From an uncultured Methanosarcinales archaeon (GTDB lineage: Archaea > Nanobdellota > Nanobdellia > Woesearchaeales > CAZKBD01): 36,784 nucleotides of DNA. The notes beneath the pieces were generated by a model that saw nothing but the letters and a program-made list of their open reading frames with translations, had not been told where the DNA came from and did not search any database. The stretch lies in NCBI GenBank assembly GCA_964550945.1, contig CAZKBD010000008.1:1-36784 (forward strand), written 5' to 3'. The position numbers were made by a program, and so were the translations under genes. This document shows positions 29,311 to 36,784 of this stretch, piece by piece. Within the stretch, counting starts at the first letter, position 1. Each line of letters begins with the position of its first letter.

Positions 29311-29363
29311 CTTATAGCCTAGTATTGAAGTACTTTTTATAAATATTGTTGTCTCTAATATTC

Positions 29364-30758
29364 TTATAGGAATTGTGGCATTTTTATTGCATGCCCCTCT
29401 TTTCTGTCCTCTAAAGCATATCCTTCATCTTCAATTTTTCTCCTTATTGTGTCAGCTTTATTCCAATCTTTTTGTTTTCTTGCCTCTTCTCTTTCTTCAG
29501 CCAGCTTTAAAATAGATTCTGGAATCTCCCGCTTTTTAAAGTCCATAACACCCAAAACAGAATCGAACTTCTTCATCAGCTTTAGAACATTCTCGGCGTT
29601 TTTTTTGCTTAGCCTTGTTTTGTTCACATCATTAATAAAATCAAAAATAACAGCCAAGGCTGCAGAGATGTTTATATCATTATCCATCTTTGCTTCAAAT
29701 TCTTTTTCGGCTTTATCTATAAGTTCGATAATTGCTGCATTATCTTCTTTGCTTTGCTCATTCATCATATTGAAGACAAAATTTTGCAGCCTTTCTACTG
29801 CGTTATTTGCAGCTTCTAACGCTTTAAATGTAAAGTTAAGTTTTTGCCTGTAATGGCAGGAAATCAACAGATATCTAATGGGCTTAGATTTGTAACCCTT
29901 AATAAAAAGATCCCTTAGAGTGTAATAATTAGCGAAACTTTTAGCCATTTTCTTATTATCAAACAATAAAAGCCCATTATGAAACCACAGACTGACAACT
30001 CTGTTTCCTGTTGCTGCTTCTGATTGTGCTATCTCATTTTCATGGTGGGGAAAAATCAAATCAACGCCTCCTGCATGGATATCGAATGTCTCTCCTAGAT
30101 ATTTTAACGACATTGCAGAGCATTCTATATGCCAACTTGGCCTTCCTTTACCCAACTCGGTTTCCCAGAAAACATCTCCGTCATTTTCTGTGTAGCCTTT
30201 CCACAAAGCAAAGTCCTTTGCATCTTTTTTATCATAAGAGTCTTGCCTTATTCTAGCACCATTTTTAAGGCCCTTAGTATTTGTGCCGCTCAGCTTCCCA
30301 TACCCCTTAAATTTAGAAATGTCATAGTAAATTGATCCATCTTTTGCCTTATAGGCATAGCCTTTATCAATTAAATTTTTTATTAAAGATGCCATTTCTT
30401 CAATGTTTTCTGTTGCTTTAGGGTATGCATCTGCTTCTTGAATGCCTAAGGATTTAATATCCTCAAAAAACGCCTTTGTATACCTAGCAGTATACTTTTT
30501 TAGAGAAATGCCTTCTTTTTGCGAAGCTGCTATTGTTTTATCGTCTATATCAGTTATATTCATGATGTGTTTTACCTTGAAACCCCCATATTTTAAATAT
30601 CTTTTAAGAATATCAATGCATAAATATGCTCTGCAATTACCAATATGAGCAAAATCATAGACAGTTGGACCGCAAGAATAGATTCTAACTAAGCTGTCTT
30701 TTAATGGCTTAAACACTTCTTTTCTTTTTGTTAATGTGTTATATAATTTTAATGCCAT
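29364..30758 (-). CDS. cysS: Cysteinyl-tRNA synthetase
   Basis: SCGPTVY, HIGN, DFALWK, WHIECSAM, FPHHENE, KMAKS. Confidence 0.95.
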   Translation of the reverse strand: MALKLYNTLTKRKEVFKPLKDSLVRIYSCGPTVYDFAHIGNCRAYLCIDILKRYLKYGGFKVKHIMNITDIDDKTIAASQKEGISLKKYTARYTKAFFEDIKSLGIQEADAYPKATENIEEMASLIKNLIDKGYAYKAKDGSIYYDISKFKGYGKLSGTNTKGLKNGARIRQDSYDKKDAKDFALWKGYTENDGDVFWETELGKGRPSWHIECSAMSLKYLGETFDIHAGGVDLIFPHHENEIAQSEAATGNRVVSLWFHNGLLLFDNKKMAKSFANYYTLRDLFIKGYKSKPIRYLLISCHYRQKLNFTFKALEAANNAVERLQNFVFNMMNEQSKEDNAAIIELIDKAEKEFEAKMDNDINISAALAVIFDFINDVNKTRLSKKNAENVLKLMKKFDSVLGVMDFKKREIPESILKLAEEREEARKQKDWNKADTIRRKIEDEGYALEDRKEGHAIKMPQFL

Positions 30759-30774
30759 TATCCCTTGATTGGTT

Positions 30775-30833
30775 TTGTCAAAAACCAGAGGTTTTTGAGC
30801 ATGCTCAGAAACGCTTGCGTTTCTGACATATTA
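30775..30833. repeat. Palindromic REP-like element, compact copy, overlapping the cysM-JAMM 3' end
   Basis: TTGTCAAAAACC-AGA-GGTTTTTGA-GCATGC-TCAGAAACGC-TT-GCGTTTCTGACATATTA: two perfect hairpins. Confidence 0.8.
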
Positions 30834-32139
30834 ATTCCTCTTTGAACTCTTTTCCAGAGTCATTTAGTTGGTATGACCTTATTGCCATTACGCTTCCTTT
30901 ATAAATGTTAACTATTATGTAGGATATAACTGGCTGCGCTATATTTAAATCTGTGCCAGATGGTCTTGGCGGATGGTCTGGGTGAGAATGGTAAACACCA
31001 ATAATATCCAAGCCTTTCTTTCTAGCATAATCGTCAATCTTTTTATATTCTTTAGGGTCAATTTCAAATCTATCAACCGCTCTTTCTTTAATAATATTTT
31101 TAGCATCAATAACCTCTTTTATATATTTTTTTTCATTCTTTATATTTCCCAATAATAAGCCACAACCTTCATTTGGATAGGTCTTCTTTAAATGTTTGAC
31201 CATTTTATCAATATCTTCTTGGTTGATAAAAACACCGGAATATTCATCCCCCCAAAAATCCTTGCTGATGTATCTATCGCCATGGTCAGGAAAAACCGTT
31301 ACAACTACCCCTTTTTTCAAGCTATTTGCAACTTGTAAAGCGCCAGCAGCAGCAGCCCCAGAACTTAATCCCACAAATAAGCCCTCTTCTTTAGCAATCC
31401 TTTTTACCATATTATAGGCATCCTCTGTTTTTACCTTGATTTTTTTGTCCAGATACTCCTGCTCATATATTTTAGGGACTATGGAGCTTTCAATGTGCTT
31501 TAAGCCTTCCAGACCGTGCATCTCTTCTGCAGGCTCTATAGCAATTACTTTAATGCCCATATTAAGATGTTTTAGCCTTCTTCCTGCACCAATTAAAGTT
31601 CCGCCTGTCCCAACTCCGGTCACAAAATGAGTGATTTTGCCGTTAGTTTGATTCCATATCTCAACTCCAGTTCCCAAGAAATGCGCCCTGCTGTTTGAAA
31701 GGTTTGTGTACTGATCAGGTTTAAAATAAATATCAGGATGTTTTTTATATTCTTTCTGGCATTCTATCATCGCTCCATCCGAACCGTCTAATGGGCTAGT
31801 GAAGACAACATCTGCGCCAAACTCCTTAATAATATTCTTTCTTTCTTCACTAACGTTTAAAGGCATAAACAATTTGACTCTATATCCCTTTAGTTTACCA
31901 ATAACAGCCAAAGCAATTCCAGTGTTGCCTGAAGTTGATTCGAGAATAATCTTGTCTTTTTTTAATTTTCCTAATCTTTCACCATCAGCCACCATTTGAT
32001 ACGCTGCTCTATCCTTAACTGAGCCGCTTAAATTAAACCACTCTGCTTTTGCAAATACCTTAACCTTCTTGTTTTTATTTAAGTTCTTTAATTCAATTAA
32101 AGGCGTGTTTCCTATTAACCTAAATATATCTTTATTCAT
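30805..32139 (-). CDS. cysM: Cysteine synthase (CysM/O-phosphoserine sulfhydrylase type) fused to a JAMM/Mec+ metallopeptidase
   Basis: IGNTPL, SGSVKDR, TSGNTG, GTGGT, PDHGDRY; C-terminal PNEGCG...YHSHPDHPPRPSGTD. Start 32139 has an ATGA overlap with the tusA stop. Confidence 0.92.
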   Translation of the reverse strand: MNKDIFRLIGNTPLIELKNLNKNKKVKVFAKAEWFNLSGSVKDRAAYQMVADGERLGKLKKDKIILESTSGNTGIALAVIGKLKGYRVKLFMPLNVSEERKNIIKEFGADVVFTSPLDGSDGAMIECQKEYKKHPDIYFKPDQYTNLSNSRAHFLGTGVEIWNQTNGKITHFVTGVGTGGTLIGAGRRLKHLNMGIKVIAIEPAEEMHGLEGLKHIESSIVPKIYEQEYLDKKIKVKTEDAYNMVKRIAKEEGLFVGLSSGAAAAGALQVANSLKKGVVVTVFPDHGDRYISKDFWGDEYSGVFINQEDIDKMVKHLKKTYPNEGCGLLLGNIKNEKKYIKEVIDAKNIIKERAVDRFEIDPKEYKKIDDYARKKGLDIIGVYHSHPDHPPRPSGTDLNIAQPVISYIIVNIYKGSVMAIRSYQLNDSGKEFKEELICQKRKRF

Positions 32140-32366
32140 CTTTTTTTGATAAGGATTCTCCAATCTGTATTATTCAATTTTTTAACTTCTAAGATTTTGT
32201 TTCCTTCATTGCTCATGCTTCTTGGCACGTTTTCTGTTGCTGGTTGATGATCTAGTATGATCTCTAGTATCTGCCCGGATTTTAGCTCTTCTATAGCTAA
32301 TTTTGATTTTACAAATGTATATGGGCATATTTCGCCTTTAATGTTGATTGTTTTGTCAAACTTCAT
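32136..32366 (-). CDS. TusA-family sulfurtransferase
   Basis: INIKGEICPYT, LDHQPA; GGAG SD before ATG 32366. Confidence 0.9.
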   Translation of the reverse strand: MKFDKTINIKGEICPYTFVKSKLAIEELKSGQILEIILDHQPATENVPRSMSNEGNKILEVKKLNNTDWRILIKKR

Positions 32367-32417
32367 TTTTTCTCCAAATATGGTCTTTAAATAGAAAATC
32401 AAAAGTAAGATATAAAC

Positions 32418-32495
32418 TTATTGGCAATGAGGTGCATTACAGCAACAGCTACAACAAGAAGGAATACAAGCATGATTATTTTGCTGTTTACTCAT
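32418..32495 (-). CDS. Cys-rich 25-aa leader ORF (candidate attenuator peptide)
   Basis: Manual translation MSKQQNNHACIPSCCSCCCNAPHCQ*; 7 Cys, 5 of them within 6 codons; ATG 32 nt from the TATA box start. Confidence 0.75.
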   Translation of the reverse strand: MSKQQNNHACIPSCCSCCCNAPHCQ

Positions 32496-32517
32496 AGTTA
32501 GTTTATGGTTACGAACT

Positions 32518-32527
32518 TATTTATAAA
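32518..32527 (-). promoter_or_regulatory. BRE-TATA promoter of the leader-tusA-cysM unit
   Basis: Minus strand reads ACAAAAAA-TTTATAAATA. Similar TATA-to-ATG spacing (30-33 nt) occurs at trxA (29336-29343), cysH (21663-21670) and the thrC-like gene (18527-18534). Confidence 0.7.
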
Positions 32528-32601
32528 TTTTTTGTTTCTATTATTCTTTTTGGAATATGCTACCGATAAATATAAAAATAGGCCAGGATTACCTTATTGA
32601 G

Positions 32602-33189
32602 ATGGAATACTCGCTAAGGCATAAAACATTATATGAATCATTTTTTAGAAGAAAGAATGTTTTTCTTGATATATCTATGATGCTAATGGCAGTCGTATTC
32701 CTTGCATTCTTATCAAATCTTTACATCCCGCTATGGCCTGTGCCAATTACTGGCCAGACATTTGGCATATTCCTTATAGCTTTTTGGTTCGGCTCAAGAA
32801 AGGGATTAGCTTCAATTGCGCTTTATGTATTGGCTGGGCTAATAGGATTTGGTGTTTTTGCGCAGCATTCATTTGGCATCAAAGTCATTTTAGGGCCCAC
32901 AGGAGGATATATCCTAGGATTCCTTGCATCTGTATTTCTTGTTGGCTACTTGATTGAAAAGGGATATGGAAGGACAAAAACATCTGTTTTGTATTGTGTT
33001 GCTATTGGAAGTGGCATAATATACATTTTCGGCCTTATTGGATTGTGGATATATTTCGGGAATGTAGGATTATGGAAGATCCTGACAATGGGGCTTTTCC
33101 CTTTCCTGATTGGGGATGCTATCAAGGCTGTGGCAGCTGTTGCCTTATTCCCTTATTTATGGAAGGGCAGCGAGAAGATTTCTAAGTAG
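32602..33189 (+). CDS. bioY: Biotin transporter S-component BioY
   Basis: PVPITGQTF, GPTGGYILGF, PFLIGD. Confidence 0.9.
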   Translation: MEYSLRHKTLYESFFRRKNVFLDISMMLMAVVFLAFLSNLYIPLWPVPITGQTFGIFLIAFWFGSRKGLASIALYVLAGLIGFGVFAQHSFGIKVILGPTGGYILGFLASVFLVGYLIEKGYGRTKTSVLYCVAIGSGIIYIFGLIGLWIYFGNVGLWKILTMGLFPFLIGDAIKAVAAVALFPYLWKGSEKISK

Positions 33190-33197
33190 GCCTTAAC

Positions 33198-33569
33198 ATG
33201 GGCACTGCCAATATCAGAGCGCACCATTTATTATGCATGAAATATTTTAAAGGTAAAGGGTATAACAAGGAGTTTGTACTCAACTTTTCTAAAATAATTG
33301 ATGAGCTGGATGATGATTCAAAGATAAGAGTAACCCATGCTAGTGATGTTATCTGCAGCTCATGCCCGCATAACTCTAACAGCAAGTGTGTTAAAAGGCC
33401 CACTTCTGATATTGATGTAAGAAAGAAAGATAACTCAGCAATGAGGATTTTAGGAATAAAAATGAATCAAGAGTTAAGGGTAGCTGATGCTGAGAAGCTG
33501 GTGAATTCAAGGCTAAGCGAGCTTAAAGTGATATGTGAGGATTGTGAGTGGCAGAAATATTGCAATTAA
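33198..33569 (+). CDS. DUF1284 Cys-rich protein
   Basis: RAHHLLC...GKGY...DVICSSCP...CEDCEW..YC. Confidence 0.88.
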   Translation: MGTANIRAHHLLCMKYFKGKGYNKEFVLNFSKIIDELDDDSKIRVTHASDVICSSCPHNSNSKCVKRPTSDIDVRKKDNSAMRILGIKMNQELRVADAEKLVNSRLSELKVICEDCEWQKYCN

Positions 33570-33673
33570 AAAAATCCAACCGAAAAGTATTGTCCCAATA
33601 CTTTACGCTTTTTCGCTATGCTCAAATTGCCCCAATTCCTCAAGCATAGCTTGAGAAAACCGAAAGGTATTTA

Positions 33674-33697
33674 AACATTAGCTTATTCTAATATGTT
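33674..33697 (+). promoter_or_regulatory. Putative ArsR operator
   Basis: Imperfect inverted repeat AACATTAG-cttatt-CTAATATGTT between the TATA (TATTTAAA) and the arsR ATG. Confidence 0.5.
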
Positions 33698-33700
33698 AAT

Positions 33701-34015
33701 ATGAAGGAATTATATAATATGCATGCTGAAATGTGCAAGGTGTTCTCAAACCCAACTAGATTGGAGATCTTGAATTTGCTGAGGGATAAGGAAATGTCAG
33801 TAACAGGTTTAATAGAAAAAACAAACTTGAGCCAGGCAAATATTTCCCAGCACTTGTCAATCATGAGGTCTAAAAGTGTGGTTATATCAAACAGAAAAGG
33901 CAAGAATATCTATTACAAGCTTACAAACCCAAAAATTATCGCGGCGTTTGATACAATAAGAGGGATTTTGGCTGAAAGATTAAAGAAAAACGGAAAAAGC
34001 GTCACGAAGGTATAG
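33701..34015 (+). CDS. ArsR/SmtB-family transcriptional regulator
   Basis: KVFSNPTRLEIL, SQANISQHL, RKGKNIYY. Confidence 0.93.
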   Translation: MKELYNMHAEMCKVFSNPTRLEILNLLRDKEMSVTGLIEKTNLSQANISQHLSIMRSKSVVISNRKGKNIYYKLTNPKIIAAFDTIRGILAERLKKNGKSVTKV

Positions 34016-34023
34016 GTGAAAAC

Positions 34024-34572
34024 ATGAAAAAAGAATTACTCATTATTGGGATTTTACTCTTGACGATGGGTTTAGCTAAGGCAGTCAGCCAAGAAGAGCT
34101 GAACGAAGCTAAAATCTGGATAGATTCAAAGATAGCTTGCGATAAATTAACTGATGAACAGCTCGAAGAGATTGGAGAATATTATATGGAACAGATGATG
34201 CCAGGAGAAGCTCATAAAAGGGCGCATGAAATGATGGGGCTAACTGAAGGTTCTAATGCAGAAGAGCAGTTTCATATAGATCTAGCAAGAAGGTCTTATT
34301 GCGGTGAAACTGCGGCAGGATTTGGCATGATGGGCAGAGGGATGATGGGAAACTATCCGCAATATTACAATTATGGTTATGGCAGTTTCTGGAATGGGCT
34401 CTGGATAATTTTTCTAATAGGGGCTATAATCTTCGTGATTTGGATTATTTATGCATTCACAAGAAAAGCAAAAGAGCCAGAAACGCCGATTAATATCTTG
34501 CAGAAAAGGTATGCTAAAGGCGAGATAAGCAAAAAACAATTTGAAGATATGAAAAAAGAGATAGGAGAGTGA
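34024..34572 (+). CDS. SHOCT-domain membrane protein with His/Met-rich extracellular part
   Basis: Signal peptide, HKRAHEMMG, GMMGRGMMG, TM helix, ILQKRYAKGEISKKQF. Confidence 0.85.
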   Translation: MKKELLIIGILLLTMGLAKAVSQEELNEAKIWIDSKIACDKLTDEQLEEIGEYYMEQMMPGEAHKRAHEMMGLTEGSNAEEQFHIDLARRSYCGETAAGFGMMGRGMMGNYPQYYNYGYGSFWNGLWIIFLIGAIIFVIWIIYAFTRKAKEPETPINILQKRYAKGEISKKQFEDMKKEIGE

Positions 34573-34877
34573 AAAATATGGAAAAAGATAAAAATGCCTT
34601 GATATGGATTGTAATTGCTGTTATTGCAGCAATCTTTATTCTAGGGAGCCTTGGAATGGGGGGCTATGGCATGATGGGATTTGGCATGGGCTTTGGATTT
34701 ATTTTTATGCTGCTTTTCTTGGGGCTTATTGTCTGGCTGATAGTCACTCTGGTTAATGCAAGCCAATCAAATAAGAAAGAAAGCGAGGATTCACTAACAA
34801 TCCTAAAGAAGAGATACGCCTCTGGTGAAATCACGAAAAAGCAATATGAAGAGATGAGAAAAGAGCTTTTAAAGTGA
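34569..34877 (+). CDS. SHOCT-domain membrane protein
   Basis: Two TM helices with a GMGGYGMMG loop; ILKKRYASGEITKKQY. Confidence 0.85.
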   Translation: MKNMEKDKNALIWIVIAVIAAIFILGSLGMGGYGMMGFGMGFGFIFMLLFLGLIVWLIVTLVNASQSNKKESEDSLTILKKRYASGEITKKQYEEMRKELLK

Positions 34878-35491
34878 ACACAAGCAAAGAGAAGTATAAT
34901 CGTCTGGCAGGATTCTATGATCTACATAGTAAATTTGCTGAGAAGTTATGGTTTATTAAATGGAGAAAAAAGTTTTTCGCTCCGCTAAAAGGAAATATCC
35001 TGGATGTAGGAATAGGGACAGGAAAAAACATTGAATTTTATGATAAAGAAGCTAAAGTTATAGGAATTGATTTTTCAGAAAAGATGTTAGAAAAAGCCAA
35101 AGAAAAATTGATTAAAACGGATACGAAAAATATTACTCTAAAACATATGGATGCTGAAAATCTTCATTTTAAAGACAATTCATTTGACTATGTTGTAACA
35201 AGTTGTGTTTTTTGTTCGGTTCCAAACCCGATAAAAGGCTTAAAAGAAATAAGAAGAGTTCTAAAACCAACAGGTAGATTAATCATGATTGAACATGTGT
35301 TAAGCAAAAACCCAGTAATAGCATTGATTGAACACGTCATTAATCCGCTAACAAGATTGATTATGGGTGCAAACATTAATAGAAACACTAAACAAAACAT
35401 AATCAAATCAGGCATGAAAATTGTAGAAGATAGAAATCTAGCGTTATTTGATGTGTTTAGATTATTTATAGCAAAAAAATCATCAAAATAG
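34874..35491 (+). CDS. Class I SAM-dependent methyltransferase
   Basis: LDVGIGTG, GIDFSEKM, FCSVP, RVLKP. Confidence 0.9.
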   Translation: MNTSKEKYNRLAGFYDLHSKFAEKLWFIKWRKKFFAPLKGNILDVGIGTGKNIEFYDKEAKVIGIDFSEKMLEKAKEKLIKTDTKNITLKHMDAENLHFKDNSFDYVVTSCVFCSVPNPIKGLKEIRRVLKPTGRLIMIEHVLSKNPVIALIEHVINPLTRLIMGANINRNTKQNIIKSGMKIVEDRNLALFDVFRLFIAKKSSK

Positions 35492-35498
35492 GTATAAA

Positions 35499-36179
35499 AT
35501 GAAAATTACCTTCATAGAAGGCTGGAAAAGAAATTTGATCTTAATAGTGCTTATGGGAATATTTCTTTCTCTAACAGTGTCTGCAAAAACAGATAAAAAC
35601 CCGGTTGTTGGGTTAATAACGCTATTGCATATAATAAGTGCGATCTTTATGGCTTGGCCTCTTTATGCACTCATAACTGTAAATGAGAGGCCAAAAGTTG
35701 GTGCAGTGGTGGGTGATAAGGTTGATGATTTTATGGAAAGTATAATAAAAAAGCAAAGTGGAAGGTGTTATATATTCCAAATTACTGCTCTTATTACTGG
35801 TTTTTATCTTTGGTCTCGCGGTGATTTTGGATTTACATTATCGGTGCCAAATTTACTAATGCTATGTAAGCTTTTAGGCTTGTTTATTCTTATGGTATTG
35901 CTTTCTTATGTGGCATTTGTCATTCAGCCGAAGATAGACGCTCTTTTCGCATTACTGAAAAATGGGAATGATGAGAAAGTTGCCAATAAAATAAATAGTT
36001 TGAGGTTAAAGAGGAAAAAATTTGCAGCAACATGCCTTTTTATCCTGCTAATAATCATTATCTTTGCAGTTCAAATTAGCAAGCCGTTATCATTGTTAAT
36101 AAATGTTGTTTTGTTAGTCTTGGCTGCACTTTTTTCATATAGGGTGTATAAATCCAATATCCCCTATGGGTGGGTGTAA
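35499..36179 (+). CDS. Multi-TM membrane protein of unknown function
   Basis: About 6 hydrophobic helices; LLHII motif. Confidence 0.7.
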   Translation: MKITFIEGWKRNLILIVLMGIFLSLTVSAKTDKNPVVGLITLLHIISAIFMAWPLYALITVNERPKVGAVVGDKVDDFMESIIKKQSGRCYIFQITALITGFYLWSRGDFGFTLSVPNLLMLCKLLGLFILMVLLSYVAFVIQPKIDALFALLKNGNDEKVANKINSLRLKRKKFAATCLFILLIIIIFAVQISKPLSLLINVVLLVLAALFSYRVYKSNIPYGWV

Positions 36180-36190
36180 GGAGAATTAAA

Positions 36191-36646
36191 ATGGTTAATT
36201 CATTAGTCACAGTGCATGCCGTAACAGGCATACTATCAATATTTGCATTTTTGCTGGTATTTGTAGAATTGTTAAGTCCTACAGAAAAAACAATCAAAAG
36301 AATACAGATTTTTGCATACATGGGAACAATTTTGATATTTATCTCTTGGATTGCAGGAGGATATTACTATGTAAATTATTATGGCCCTGATGTTAAACCA
36401 CTAATAAACCAAGGCTCAACTCCATGGGTACACAGTGTTATTATGGAGACGAAGGAGCATGTCTTTCTGTTTTTGCCTTTTTTGGCAATTCTTACAATGG
36501 GAATTATCTTTAGTTATCCCGATCTGCTTAAAAATCATAAAGCAAAATCATCAGTATTGATATTAAGTGCATTGATTATTTTAATAGGATTAGCAATAGC
36601 TGGAATGGGTTATCTAATTTCAACTGGTGCCAGAGGGGGTGGATAA
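36191..36646 (+). CDS. Four-TM membrane protein with His motifs
   Basis: AGGAG SD before ATG 36191; VHAVTG, WVHSVIMETKEH. Confidence 0.75.
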   Translation: MVNSLVTVHAVTGILSIFAFLLVFVELLSPTEKTIKRIQIFAYMGTILIFISWIAGGYYYVNYYGPDVKPLINQGSTPWVHSVIMETKEHVFLFLPFLAILTMGIIFSYPDLLKNHKAKSSVLILSALIILIGLAIAGMGYLISTGARGGG

Positions 36647-36647
36647 G

Positions 36648-36784
36648 ATGAAGTTTAATATTAAATCACTAAATTATTCCACAATTTTAACAATCTGTTT
36701 GATAGTTATGCTTACAATTTTGGGAGAGCTGTCAAAATCTTTCAAAACATTTCTCACTAGTATAACTGGGCATCATTGGGTTAC
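36648..36784 (+). CDS. Membrane protein, partial (runs off window end)
   Basis: MKFNIKSLNYSTILTICLIVMLTILGELSKSFKTFLTSITGHHWV...; starts 1 nt after the previous stop. Confidence 0.7.
   Translation, partial: MKFNIKSLNYSTILTICLIVMLTILGELSKSFKTFLTSITGHHWV

Overview
An AT-rich archaeal chromosomal segment. PCNA, archaeal-type RNase J, a tRNA with bulge-helix-bulge (BHB) introns, TATA promoters and leaderless genes identify it as archaeal; the gene style suggests DPANN, probably Woesearchaeota (inference). From left to right: (1) an accessory minus-strand operon nurA-herA-47 aa ORF-SMC/Rad50-like ATPase, next to a hairpin-rich ~1 kb non-coding region containing a 3x53-bp tandem repeat; (2) a lamin-tail-domain surface protein, a radical SAM gene, three related coiled-coil genes, tRNA-Leu(CAA) with two introns, pit/DUF47, RNase J and PCNA; (3) a ~17 kb single-strand sulfur cluster covering sulfate activation and reduction (cysD, a cysN-TusA fusion, APS-reductase-type cysH, a siroheme sulfite reductase), siroheme synthesis (hemALBC, cobA-hemD, sirC), a ubiquitin-like sulfur relay (MoaD/CysO-type carrier, E1, CysM-JAMM fusion, ThrC-like enzyme, NIL, DsrE, TusA domains) and cysS; (4) bioY, DUF1284 and an ArsR-led membrane-protein operon. 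The top find is an unannotated, apparently leaderless 25-aa ORF with 7 Cys (MSKQQNNHACIPSCCSCCCNAPHCQ) heading the cysteine operon, a candidate cysteine-sensing attenuator in an archaeon. A family of palindromic repeats is also present, and one copy supplies the end of a protein.
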